Of a stretch of 64,000 nt of DNA, positions 48,723 through 58,184 are shown piece after piece (the first letter of the stretch is position 1; each line of letters starts with the position of its first letter). Origin of the DNA: an uncultured Eggerthellaceae bacterium (GTDB taxonomy: Bacteria > Actinomycetota > Coriobacteriia > Coriobacteriales > Eggerthellaceae). Under the pieces are notes generated by a model. That model was not told the DNA's origin, searched no databases, and saw only the letters and a list, made by a program, of their open reading frames with translations. The stretch lies in the NCBI GenBank assembly GCA_944321455.1, contig CALULI010000009.1, positions 2,703-66,702 of the forward strand, written 5' to 3'. Both the position numbers and the translations under genes were made by a program.

Positions 48723-50030
48723 ATGGACTGGCAGCAAGACTATGAGCAGAAATGCATCAGCTTGGATGAAGTCTTTGAGCGTCATATTACGGGACACCAA
48801 AAAATTTATACGGGTGGCCTGCATGTAGCATCAACACTTATTAAAGAAATGCTCAAGCGCGTAAGTGAAGGGGCGCTTGAAGGACTTGATTTGTACGGCA
48901 ACTGGATGAACGGGGATTTTCCCTTCGATCAGCTGCAGGTTACGCCTGAACAATTCCGCTACCACACGTACTTTGCAGGACCTGAAGAGCGAAAAGGCTT
49001 TGGATCTAAGTGCATTACGCATATTCCCGTGCACTTCAGTGATGTGGGTGCGCTTTTGGCATCGCTTGACCTTGACTATGCACTAGTGCAAATGACGCCA
49101 CCTGATGCGCACGGTTACTGCAATATTGGGCCTTTAGGCTTTGAGCCTTCGGGTGTGAAGTGCGCAAAGCATATCGTGGCGCAGATCAACCGCAACTTGC
49201 CACGCGTCTTTGGTGATTCGCATGATTTTCACGTAAGCCAGATAGAGGCGTTCTTTGTCTGCGATGAAGAACTGGAAAATCTTGTTTTACCTGATCCAAC
49301 ACCAGAAGAGCTTAAGGCTGCCGAATATGTAGTTGAGCGTGTTGATGATGGCTCTACCATTCAGCTAGGCATTGGCGGTATTTCGAACGCTATTGCAAAA
49401 GGGCTGGAAAGCAAAAAGCATTTAGGCGCCTTTACGGAAATGTATTCAGATGCGCTTGTTGATTTACAGATGAAGGGCGTTATTGATAATTCCCGTAAGA
49501 ATTTCATGCCAGGTAAGTCTGTTGGTGGCTATTCGACGGGTGCTAAGCGCCTCTATGATTACATTAATGAAAACCCTGCGGTGTATTTCACCAGCTATGA
49601 TGTTGTATGCAACCCCTACTACATTGCTCAAAACGATAATCTTATTTCGCTAAACACCGCACTTTCGGTTGATTTGACTGGTCAGGTGTGTGCCGAAAGT
49701 ATTGGAACGCGTCAGTATTCTGCAAGCGGTGGTCAGTTTGATTTTGTGCGGGGCGCCAAGATGTCTAAGGGCGGCAAATCATTTATTGCGGTAACGAGTG
49801 TTGCTCACACAAAAAACGGTCCGGTGTCAAAAATTGCACCTATCTTGGCTTCAGGAAGTGCGGTAACATCGCTTCGCAACGATGTGCAATATATCGTGAC
49901 CGAATATGGTGTGGCTGATCTGCGTTTTGCCGATATTCCAACGCGTGCAAAGCGTTTGATTGCTATTGCCCATCCTGATTTTCGTGATGAATTGACGGCA
50001 GAAGCTAAGAAGCTGGGCTTTTTGTATTAG
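48723..50030 (+). CDS. Acetyl-CoA hydrolase/transferase family (4-hydroxybutyrate CoA-transferase-like)
   Basis: TIQLGIGGI, TEMYSD, VDLTGQVCAESIG, SGGQFDFVRGA, VTEYGVADL. Confidence 0.9.
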   Translation: MDWQQDYEQKCISLDEVFERHITGHQKIYTGGLHVASTLIKEMLKRVSEGALEGLDLYGNWMNGDFPFDQLQVTPEQFRYHTYFAGPEERKGFGSKCITHIPVHFSDVGALLASLDLDYALVQMTPPDAHGYCNIGPLGFEPSGVKCAKHIVAQINRNLPRVFGDSHDFHVSQIEAFFVCDEELENLVLPDPTPEELKAAEYVVERVDDGSTIQLGIGGISNAIAKGLESKKHLGAFTEMYSDALVDLQMKGVIDNSRKNFMPGKSVGGYSTGAKRLYDYINENPAVYFTSYDVVCNPYYIAQNDNLISLNTALSVDLTGQVCAESIGTRQYSASGGQFDFVRGAKMSKGGKSFIAVTSVAHTKNGPVSKIAPILASGSAVTSLRNDVQYIVTEYGVADLRFADIPTRAKRLIAIAHPDFRDELTAEAKKLGFLY

Positions 50031-50121
50031 CAGATGCGGCCAAGCTTGGTAGGTACAACCAAGCTTGGCAGGAACAATCAAGTTCAGTAGGTGCGGCCCT
50101 GCTTAGCAGGTACGACCAAGC
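50021..50121. repeat. Degenerate 19-bp tandem array (about 5.3 units) between convergent genes
   Basis: TTTGTATTAGCAGATGCGG / CCAAGCTTGGTAGGTACAA / CCAAGCTTGGCAGGAACAA / TCAAGTTCAGTAGGTGCGG / CCCTGCTTAGCAGGTACGA / CCAAGC. Confidence 0.7.
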
Positions 50122-50579
50122 GCGTTTGCGTCAAAGGTATAAGCAGCGGTAGGAATAGGATCGCTTTCTTCAACTTCTTTCGTTACGAAAGCGGTCATTA
50201 AACCACGCAAGCATACCTGATCTTTTTCGTTTTTGATCAAGGTTTCAATAACCATAGTGGTGCGGCCGTTGTGAACAACATCAGAGATGATGCGAATTTT
50301 GCTACCGTCCAGCACAACACCGCGCGTGAAGTTGTAGCTTACCGAAAGCGTAACAACGTGCTTGCCCAGTGAATATGCCGCTGCTGATGCCGACATGTCA
50401 ACCATAGCCAACAGTGCGCCGCCATGAGCGTTGCCGTAGCAGTTGGAAAAGCCTTTATGAGCTTCGGTTTCCAAGGTAACGTGGCCAATAGTTTCATCAA
50501 GTTCAGTCATGCGCAGCGTATCAAAGCCCTTGATGTCGTGAACGTGATTGAGTATTCCCTTAAACAGATAATCCTCCAT
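50103..50579 (-). CDS. PaaI-family hotdog thioesterase
   Basis: NCYGNAHGGALLAMVD, HNGRTT; ATG at 50579 follows an AGGG-rich RBS. Confidence 0.88.
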   Translation of the reverse strand: MEDYLFKGILNHVHDIKGFDTLRMTELDETIGHVTLETEAHKGFSNCYGNAHGGALLAMVDMSASAAAYSLGKHVVTLSVSYNFTRGVVLDGSKIRIISDVVHNGRTTMVIETLIKNEKDQVCLRGLMTAFVTKEVEESDPIPTAAYTFDANALGRTC

Positions 50580-50740
50580 GTAGGAAGCCCTCCTTTTAAA
50601 CTGTTTATTCGGCCGAAAATTATACACCCTTAGCCTGAATAGGACACTTTTGTTTCGGTGTCTTACATTTTTGTTATACTCACGGCTAGGATGTAAATTT
50701 TTTGTGTCATCATGCAAGGTCAGACGCAAAGGGTGAAGAT

Positions 50741-51955
50741 ATGACTGATCAAACCGTAACGCAGCGTATTCATGAAAGTGGTTGTAAGTACGAGCCCTAC
50801 GTTATCGACCAACGGCGTTATTTTCATGCTCATCCCGAATTGAGCATGAAAGAGGTAAAAACATCAGATGCTATTGCGGCTGAATTAGATAAGATGGGCG
50901 TTTCTTATACGCGCCCTTATGAAACAGGCTTGATTGCCACTATTAAGGGCGAAGCGCCTGACGCCTTTGACGGTCAGGGCAAGCCTCACCATTGCTTGGT
51001 GCTTCGTAGCGATATTGACGCACTTCCTGTTGAGGAGCGCACGGGGGCATCGTATGCTTCTCAAAATGAAGGGGTTATGCACGCATGTGGGCATGACTGC
51101 CATATTGCCATGATGTTAGGTGCCATCAAGATCTTGAATGATATGAAAGAGCAGCTTCGTGGCGAAGTGCGCATTATTTTTCAGCCTGCTGAAGAAATTT
51201 CTATCGGCTCAAAAAAGATGATTGCTGCAGGTGCGCTTGATGGTGCCGAAAGTATCTATGGAGCTCATATTTGGAGCGAAGTAAAAGCGGGCACTATTTC
51301 TGCAGATCCTGGTCCGCGCATGGCTAATACGGACTGGTTTCGCATTGATGTTACGGGTTCAAGTGCTCATGGCGCTATGCCTCACAAAGGTGTTGATGCG
51401 GTGGTTGTTGGTGCAGCCTTGGTCGAAGCACTGCAGGTTGTGGTCAGTCGTGATGTTTCGCCGTTTGAACCCGTGGTATTAACAATCGGCGAATTCCATG
51501 CAGGTGTTGCACGCAATGTTATGGCAGGATCCGCTTATTTGACGGGTACGGTTCGTTCGTTTAATCCTAATTTGCGCGTGTCGCTTAAAGGACGGCTTGA
51601 TCGTATTGTGCAGATGGTTGCAAGTTCCTATGGTGCAGAAGCTACCTTTGAGTGGAGCGAAGGCAATGCAGCGCTTATTAACGACGAAGAATGTGCTCAG
51701 CGCGCACGTGGCTCTATTACTAAAGTGTTGGGTGATCAGGCGCTTGCAAACTACGAAGGCACGCTTTCGGGCGAAGACTTTTCTGAATACTTACAACTTG
51801 TTCCTGGTGTGTTTGTGTTTATTGGTGCGCGTAATCCTGAGGTGGGCGCAGAGCATCCGCAGCACAGTTGCTTTTTTGAAGTGGATGAGAGCGTGCTGAT
51901 TAAAGGCTCTATGGTTGCTGCACAGTATGCGTTTGATTTCTTGAACGAAGACTAG
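50741..51955 (+). CDS. M20D amidohydrolase (hippurate hydrolase/IAA-amino acid hydrolase-like)
   Basis: HAHPELS, LRSDIDALP, MHACGHD, QPAEE, SGEDF, HPQH. Confidence 0.92.
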   Translation: MTDQTVTQRIHESGCKYEPYVIDQRRYFHAHPELSMKEVKTSDAIAAELDKMGVSYTRPYETGLIATIKGEAPDAFDGQGKPHHCLVLRSDIDALPVEERTGASYASQNEGVMHACGHDCHIAMMLGAIKILNDMKEQLRGEVRIIFQPAEEISIGSKKMIAAGALDGAESIYGAHIWSEVKAGTISADPGPRMANTDWFRIDVTGSSAHGAMPHKGVDAVVVGAALVEALQVVVSRDVSPFEPVVLTIGEFHAGVARNVMAGSAYLTGTVRSFNPNLRVSLKGRLDRIVQMVASSYGAEATFEWSEGNAALINDEECAQRARGSITKVLGDQALANYEGTLSGEDFSEYLQLVPGVFVFIGARNPEVGAEHPQHSCFFEVDESVLIKGSMVAAQYAFDFLNED

Positions 51956-53013
51956 CGGTTAGCTTTCAGTCGCGCAAACAGATTGGTGCTGTTGCGCTTT
52001 ACCCACGAAATAAAAGAGCTTTGCACCATGGTAATCGATACGTTGCCTTTTTTCAGCGGGAACAATACCAGACGCATCATCGTGGTACGAGGCTGTGCTT
52101 TTGCCAGCGCTTTTTTTGCTTGTGGGGTAGAAATCATCTCTGCAATTTGGCGTCGCTTTTCTGCTGAAGGCAACGTGCAATTTTTGTTGGTGATGTTTTC
52201 AATGCAGCCCACTAAGCGTTCTGCATAGCGGCGCGCTAAAAACTCCTGGATGTCATCGTTGTCTAGATGCCAGTACATAAATAAATCCGTGATCCACTGA
52301 TGCTCTTCTTCGCGCTTTTCATACATGTCACTGCGGTAGCGCGTGTTTTCGCTTTCTGCTCGGGCGCGCAAGAAATGATAGAAGTGGTCGTTAATGCACC
52401 CAACGCGATCAATATCGCGAATTACGTCCAGATTAAAAGGCAGGTCATCCCAAAACGTGGTAGGAAATTCAATGCCGTGATCAAGTAAATACTGTCTGCG
52501 ATACAGCTTGTTCCACGGTGCGTAGAGCAGCTGCGCATCAAATAATTCGCAGGCAGCTTCGCGAAACGACTGTGCGTCGATATAAACCATGTCAGGCGCA
52601 TTGCGCAGCTCCTGATAAAACTTGTCGTCATCATAGTAGGTATCAATGTAAAAGCCCGTGACCACGAGATTCAACTGATGTTTGGCGGCCAAGCGATGCA
52701 TTTCATAGAGCATGCCATCTTCGCACCAGTCATCACCATCCATAAAGTAGAGGTATTCGCCGCGTGCTTGCTTGATACCGTTGTTGCGGGCAGTGGCGGC
52801 GCCTGCGTTTTGCTGATGGATAACGTGAATGCGACCGTCGGCTGCAGCAAGTTCGTCGCAGATGTCTCCGCTTGAATCGGTGCTGCCATCGTTAACTAAA
52901 ATAATTTCGAAATTCTGGAAGGTTTGATTCTGTAGAGACTCCACTGCACGGCGAATCCACATCTCCACGTTGTAGACGGGAATGATAATGCTTATTTCTG
53001 GATCCGTTTGCAC
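51952..53013 (-). CDS. Glycosyltransferase GT2
   Basis: SIIIPVYNVE, VNDGSTD, NAGAATARN, FMDGDD, APWNKLYRR. Confidence 0.92.
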   Translation of the reverse strand: MQTDPEISIIIPVYNVEMWIRRAVESLQNQTFQNFEIILVNDGSTDSSGDICDELAAADGRIHVIHQQNAGAATARNNGIKQARGEYLYFMDGDDWCEDGMLYEMHRLAAKHQLNLVVTGFYIDTYYDDDKFYQELRNAPDMVYIDAQSFREAACELFDAQLLYAPWNKLYRRQYLLDHGIEFPTTFWDDLPFNLDVIRDIDRVGCINDHFYHFLRARAESENTRYRSDMYEKREEEHQWITDLFMYWHLDNDDIQEFLARRYAERLVGCIENITNKNCTLPSAEKRRQIAEMISTPQAKKALAKAQPRTTMMRLVLFPLKKGNVSITMVQSSFISWVKRNSTNLFARLKANR

Positions 53014-53139
53014 TGCAGCCCTTTCTTTTATCGAGTATGTATTTGCATTTTAACCGACTCCGCGAACAGGTTCACGCGAAACGGTATAATGTCTTAATTG
53101 TGCTTGAAATTTGTCGGGATAGAAAAGAAAGGTTGCAGC

Positions 53140-54300
53140 ATGAATTGGGTTGAATGCATTGCGCTTTTACTTGTTGCAGTGCTAGCAACTGTTCTTTTGG
53201 TCCCCCTAGCAAAGCGCATTGCTGTCAAGTTTGATGCTATCGACTATCCTGCGGCGCGCCGTGTCAACATGGTTCCTGTTCCCCGTATGGGTGGCGTTGC
53301 TATTTTTGGGGGTTTAGTAATTGCGCTTGCTGTTCTTATGGCGGGCGATTATTTCTTAGGCTGGACCAATCCGTTTGTGTCCCAATCTGATTTGTCGGTT
53401 AATTATCTGGGTATGGCGCTTGGTGTGGTTGTCATGTTTGGCGTTGGCGTTATTGATGACATAGTGGATCTCAAACCAAAGCCCAAATTGCTTGGTCAAA
53501 TTATTGCAGCCTGTATTGTGGCAGGGTCGGGTGTTTTGCTCTCAAGCATTCATAATCCTTTTGGCGAAGGATATATCGAATTTGGCTGGATAGCCTATCC
53601 GCTAACGGTTTTTTATCTGGTGGCCTTTGCCAACATTATTAACTTGATTGATGGTCTTGATGGTCTGGCGGCAGGTATCACTGCTATTTCGGCTATGACT
53701 ATCTTTGTTTTTTCGGTGTTAACCAACCGTGTTGATGCAGCGTTTATGAGCATTGCGCTGTTTGGTGTGTGCGTGGGATTTTTGCGCTACAACTTTCATC
53801 CTGCCTCTATCTTTATGGGCGATTCAGGTGCGCTACTTTTGGGCTTTTTGCTTGGCATTGTCTCGTTGTTTGCGGTTGCGCGTTCTGCCTTGTTTGTGTC
53901 GCTGTTGGTTCCCATTTTGGCGGCAGGCGTTCCTATCATGGATACAGCACTGGCTATTTTTCGCCGCAAGCGTGCGCATCGTCCTATTGACGAAGCGGAC
54001 CGTGGTCATATTCATCATCGCTTGCTTGAGGCGGGATTTTCGCAGCGGGCAACCGTACTGATTATGTGGGGCTGGACAGCAATTCTTGCCATTTGTGCGG
54101 TGTTTATTACCGAACTTGATGGTGTGGCTCGCATTCCGTTTGTTGTGATTGTTGCGGTTATTACCTGCTATGGCGTCTTTAAGCTGCGCTTGTTGCAACC
54201 TGTTTTGTTGCACCACTACAACCCGCGTGGCAAGCGCAAACAGGCTAGTGAAGACGGGGCAGCACCAGACAATAGTGATGCAACGGAGGAACGCTCGTGA
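53140..54300 (+). CDS. Undecaprenyl-phosphate GlcNAc-1-phosphate transferase (TagO/WecA, MraY family)
   Basis: PVPRMGG, GVIDD, NLIDGLDGL, FMGDSG, DRGHIHHRL. Confidence 0.92.
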   Translation: MNWVECIALLLVAVLATVLLVPLAKRIAVKFDAIDYPAARRVNMVPVPRMGGVAIFGGLVIALAVLMAGDYFLGWTNPFVSQSDLSVNYLGMALGVVVMFGVGVIDDIVDLKPKPKLLGQIIAACIVAGSGVLLSSIHNPFGEGYIEFGWIAYPLTVFYLVAFANIINLIDGLDGLAAGITAISAMTIFVFSVLTNRVDAAFMSIALFGVCVGFLRYNFHPASIFMGDSGALLLGFLLGIVSLFAVARSALFVSLLVPILAAGVPIMDTALAIFRRKRAHRPIDEADRGHIHHRLLEAGFSQRATVLIMWGWTAILAICAVFITELDGVARIPFVVIVAVITCYGVFKLRLLQPVLLHHYNPRGKRKQASEDGAAPDNSDATEERS

Positions 54301-55097
54301 AATCAAACAAGGCATCTTCGCATGAATTGCAACACGTGCTAGCCGTCAATATTGGCAACACCGTTACTAAACTTGGTGTATTTGCAGGCGATGATCTTGT
54401 TGCTACGTGGGTGGTTACTACCCCTTCGGTTATTACAATCAGCGAAGTGAAGACGGTCCTGATGACGTTTGCTGCAGCCTGCAATTTTGATTGTAATATC
54501 ACGGGCAGTATTGTTTCGTCTGTTGCCCCACGCATCACTGATGCATGGATTGCTGCACTGACACAAGAATGTGGCAGGCGTCCTTTGGTGGTTGGCCCAG
54601 GCCTTAAATCAGGTATTAAGTTGGGCTATAGCGACCCTTCAGAAATTGGCGCTGATCGTATTGCGGATATGGTGGGTGCGCGGGCTATTTATGGCAGCCC
54701 GCTTGTGGTTATCAATCTTGAGGCGGCAACCACACTTGAAGTGATTGATGATAAGGGTGATTTTGTCGGTGGCATTATTGCGCCTGGTTTGGAATCTTCT
54801 GCCAGCACGCTTTCGGCAATTGCCGCAAAAATCCCAGTGATTGAATTGAAAGCACCTTCTTCTGTCATTGGTAAATCAACGCGTGAGGCAGTTCAAGCAG
54901 GCGTTGTTCTGGGAGAAATTGCGCGCATTGATGGCTTGGTTGAAGCCATATGGAATGAACTGGGCTATCAAACAAACGTTGTTGCGGCAGGTTCGGGCGC
55001 TGCTGTGATTCAGGCACTTTCTAAAACGGTTAACGAAACCGTAGAGAACTTAACGCTGCGTGGCTTAAAAGTGCTCTACGATCGCAACACGCGCTAA
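54297..55097 (+). CDS. coaX: Type III pantothenate kinase (CoaX) homolog with degenerate metal-binding motifs
   Basis: AVNIGNT, IGADRIAD, GGIIAPG, GKSTREAVQAG, LTLRGL; the canonical DxGNT and DxGTA motifs read NIGNT and NLEAA. Confidence 0.8.
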   Translation: MKSNKASSHELQHVLAVNIGNTVTKLGVFAGDDLVATWVVTTPSVITISEVKTVLMTFAAACNFDCNITGSIVSSVAPRITDAWIAALTQECGRRPLVVGPGLKSGIKLGYSDPSEIGADRIADMVGARAIYGSPLVVINLEAATTLEVIDDKGDFVGGIIAPGLESSASTLSAIAAKIPVIELKAPSSVIGKSTREAVQAGVVLGEIARIDGLVEAIWNELGYQTNVVAAGSGAAVIQALSKTVNETVENLTLRGLKVLYDRNTR

Positions 55098-55236
55098 TCA
55101 CTTCAACTTTTATTTATACGGTATAGACGAATTCTTTGATGCCTTAAGGCTTTTTTCGGGTATAGTAAACGCGGTTTATCCACAGTAACCCGACTTTCCG
55201 TTTGAGGGAAAGCGGATATACGAAAGGAGCCTTACT

Positions 55237-56970
55237 ATGGCACCCGTTAAGGGACAGTTAACGGTGCGCGGTCTTGTCATTGGCGGGATTGGCTGCATCA
55301 TTCTTACGGCGGCATCGGCGTATACCGCGCTTAAAATGGGCGCGCTTCCGTGGCCTATTATCTTTGCCGCTATCATTTCTCTCTTTTTCTTAAAGGCGTT
55401 GGGCAATACGACGCTCAACGAAGCAAACGTCACCCATACCATCATGTCTGCGGGTTCGATGGTTGCTGGTGGTCTTGCGTTTACCATTCCTGGTATTTGG
55501 ATCCTTACAGGCACCAACGACGTTACCTGGTGGCAGATGCTTATTGTGGCGCTGGCAGGTACCGTATTGGGCCTTATTTGCACGGCGTTTATTCGCAAGC
55601 ACTTTATTGAAGAAGCAGAACTGGAATTTCCTATTGGTGAATCGGCAGCACAAACGCTGATTGCGGGCGATTCGGGCGGAAAAACAGGCCTGAAGCTGTT
55701 TGGGTCAATGGGATTTGCAGGCATCTATTGCGCGATTCGCGATTGGCTAGGAGCGCTGCCCACGCTCTTTCTTTCGAATGTCACCATTCCTGGTGTGAGC
55801 TTCGCTCTCTATAATTCGCCCATGATGTTGGCTGTGGGCTTTTTGGTAGGTACAGGCGCGGTAGTGGCGTGGTTTTTAGGCGCCGTGTTCGCGAATTTCG
55901 GCATCATTGTTGGTGGTAGTTCTGTAGGTCTGTGGGACGTGGCAACAGGGCAGGGCATTGTGACCAGCTTAGGCATGGGTGTCATGATGGGCTGTGGCAT
56001 TGCGGTAATTGTGGTCAATGTTTTGCCGAAGTTGCCTTCTCTGGTAAAGGGCATGTTTTCTACGGGCGCTTCGGGTAAGGGCACCAACGGTGCGGCTGGA
56101 GGCACAGTTGTGGGCAGCACAACAAGCGCATTTGCGCGCCTTTCAGGCAAAATGACGGCAGGAATTTTGGCAGGCCTTTTGGCTGCAATTGCGCTCGTTA
56201 TTTGTTTCGCCCTTTCCCTGGGACCACTTCCCAGCGTTATTGTGGTTGTTATGGTGTGGGTTGCCACGGCCATGAGTGCTCAGTCAGTTGGCCAGACGGG
56301 TATTGACCCTATGGAAATTTTTGGCCTGATTGTTTTGTTGCTGGTTGCGGCAGTGTCTGATCTCCCTGCGGTGCAGCTCTTTTTCGTGGCCGCTATTGTG
56401 GCTATTGCATGTGGTCTTGCCGGCGATGTTATGAACGACTTTCGTGCTGGCTACATTTTGAAAACCGACCCGCAGGCACAGTGGCTTGGTCAGGCGTTCG
56501 GCGGTATCATTGGCGCTGTTGTGGCTACCGTAGTTATGGTGTTGTTGGTTCAGGCCTATGGTCCTTCTGCTTTTGGCCCCCAGGGTGATTTTGTGGCAGC
56601 GCAAGCATCGGTTGTGGCTACCATGATTTCGGGCATTCCTTGTATCGAGGCATTTGTGATTGGCTTGATTGCAGGATTTATTCTTCACTGCGTAAAGCTG
56701 CCCTCTATGCTTATTGGCTTGGGTATTTATCTTCCGTTCTATATGTCTTTCACTGCGTTTTTGGGTGCGATGGCAAAAGTTATATACGACACTGTTTGCA
56801 AGTGGCGCCGCAAAAAGAAGGCAGCACAGGATTCGCTTTCAGAGACAGCGTGCGAAGAATACGAAAAGAAACAAAACGAAACGGGTCTTGTGGTTGCTTC
56901 AGGTTTGCTTGGTGGCGAAAGCATCGTTGGCGTTTTGGTGGCGCTTTCAGCAGTCATTGCTGGGCTATAG
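55237..56970 (+). CDS. OPT/YSL family oligopeptide transporter
   Basis: LTVRGLVIG, AYTALKMG, LEFPIGE, DFRAGYIL, ASGLLGGESIVG. Confidence 0.88.
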   Translation: MAPVKGQLTVRGLVIGGIGCIILTAASAYTALKMGALPWPIIFAAIISLFFLKALGNTTLNEANVTHTIMSAGSMVAGGLAFTIPGIWILTGTNDVTWWQMLIVALAGTVLGLICTAFIRKHFIEEAELEFPIGESAAQTLIAGDSGGKTGLKLFGSMGFAGIYCAIRDWLGALPTLFLSNVTIPGVSFALYNSPMMLAVGFLVGTGAVVAWFLGAVFANFGIIVGGSSVGLWDVATGQGIVTSLGMGVMMGCGIAVIVVNVLPKLPSLVKGMFSTGASGKGTNGAAGGTVVGSTTSAFARLSGKMTAGILAGLLAAIALVICFALSLGPLPSVIVVVMVWVATAMSAQSVGQTGIDPMEIFGLIVLLLVAAVSDLPAVQLFFVAAIVAIACGLAGDVMNDFRAGYILKTDPQAQWLGQAFGGIIGAVVATVVMVLLVQAYGPSAFGPQGDFVAAQASVVATMISGIPCIEAFVIGLIAGFILHCVKLPSMLIGLGIYLPFYMSFTAFLGAMAKVIYDTVCKWRRKKKAAQDSLSETACEEYEKKQNETGLVVASGLLGGESIVGVLVALSAVIAGL

Positions 56971-57043
56971 CGTGCGTGCTGGCAACTATTCATGCTGACG
57001 TGCAGAAAAAATGGAGAAATTTGCAAAGGTTTTCGTATATGAA

Positions 57044-57073
57044 TTGACTTGTAGCGCCTTGGCATTATAAGAT
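57044..57073 (+). promoter_or_regulatory. Putative sigma70 promoter of rplM-rpsI
   Basis: TTGACT (57044-57049), 18-bp spacer, TAAGAT (57068-57073). Confidence 0.5.
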
Positions 57074-57279
57074 GCAAAAGTTCGCTTTCAAAAGCCCCGT
57101 GTGTGCTTGTGGTTCGAACTTTGTTGTTGCGCATCAAGACAGCGTTTGTTGGCTAGTCCAGAAACCAGCAAAAAGGCACCTTGTTGTACCAAAGCAAAGC
57201 AGCGGAGTAGGATCCCGCGACTTCGGACAAAGAGCAAACTTTTGAAAAACGACACTTGTTACTTTATTGGAGGAACACT

Positions 57280-57717
57280 GTGAAGACTTATTACGCAAAG
57301 CCCAACGAAGTTGAGCGCGAGTGGGTTCTCATTGATGCAGAGGACCAGGTGCTTGGTCGCGTAGCTACCAAGGCTGCTCACATCTTGAAGGGTAAGCATA
57401 AGCCTCAATACACCCCGCATGTTGATACGGGCGACTTCGTTGTCATCATCAACGCTGACAAGATTCGCGTTACGGGCGTAAAGGCTACGGACAAAGAATA
57501 CTATCGTCATAGCGGTTATCCTGGTGGATTGAAGTGCGAAACCTTTGCTGAGGCAATGGAAAAGCACCCAGAGCGCGTTATTGAACATGCTGTAAAGGGC
57601 ATGCTTCCTAAGAACACTCTTGGTCGCGCAATGGCTAAGAAGCTCAAGGTTTATGCAGGCGCTGAACATCCACACATGGCTCAGCAGCCACGCGAGATCA
57701 AGATGGAGGATAAGTAA
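57280..57717 (+). CDS. rplM: 50S ribosomal protein L13
   Basis: [34 protein letters not shown]; GTG start follows GGAGG. Confidence 0.98.
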   Translation: MKTYYAKPNEVEREWVLIDAEDQVLGRVATKAAHILKGKHKPQYTPHVDTGDFVVIINADKIRVTGVKATDKEYYRHSGYPGGLKCETFAEAMEKHPERVIEHAVKGMLPKNTLGRAMAKKLKVYAGAEHPHMAQQPREIKMEDK

Positions 57718-58109
57718 TGGCAGGCGAAGCTATTTATTACGGCACTGGTCGCAGAAAGAACGCTGTTGCTCGCGTCCGCATTGTTCCGGGCACCGGTAAG
57801 GTCACCGTTAACGGTCGCGATGGCGTAGAGTTCTTTGGTCGCCAGCAACTTGTTGACTATGCAACTACTCCTTTTGCGGTAACTGACACTAAGGGTCACT
57901 TCGACGTTATTGCTCGCTGCAATGGTGGCGGCGTATCTGGTCAGGCAGGCGCTCTTCGTCACGGTATTGCTCGTGCTCTTCTTGAGGCTGGCGATTATCG
58001 TGCAGAATTGAAGCGTGCTGGCTTCCTTACGCGTGACTCCCGTATGGTTGAACGTAAGAAGTACGGCTTGAAGAAAGCTCGTAAGCGCCCACAGTTCTCA
58101 AAGCGCTAG
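57717..58109 (+). CDS. rpsI: 30S ribosomal protein S9
   Basis: [42 protein letters not shown]. Confidence 0.98.
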   Translation: MAGEAIYYGTGRRKNAVARVRIVPGTGKVTVNGRDGVEFFGRQQLVDYATTPFAVTDTKGHFDVIARCNGGGVSGQAGALRHGIARALLEAGDYRAELKRAGFLTRDSRMVERKKYGLKKARKRPQFSKR

Positions 58110-58154
58110 GATTTCTTACTTCATACCGTGTTGGTATGCATACAAAGGAACAGC

Positions 58155-58184
58155 AAAGGCTCGCAACATATGTTGCGAGCCTTT
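58155..58184 (+). terminator. Rho-independent terminator (perfect 30-bp palindrome)
   Basis: AAAGGCTCGCAACAT|ATGTTGCGAGCCTTT, followed by TT. Confidence 0.85.

Noticed and set aside
50021-50121. Possible CRISPR array
   Set aside because: Units are contiguous 19-mers without unique spacers, and no cas genes are present.
55176-55184. Perfect DnaA box TTATCCACA
   Set aside because: A single copy with no box cluster, unwinding element or dnaA/dnaN context; expected by chance.
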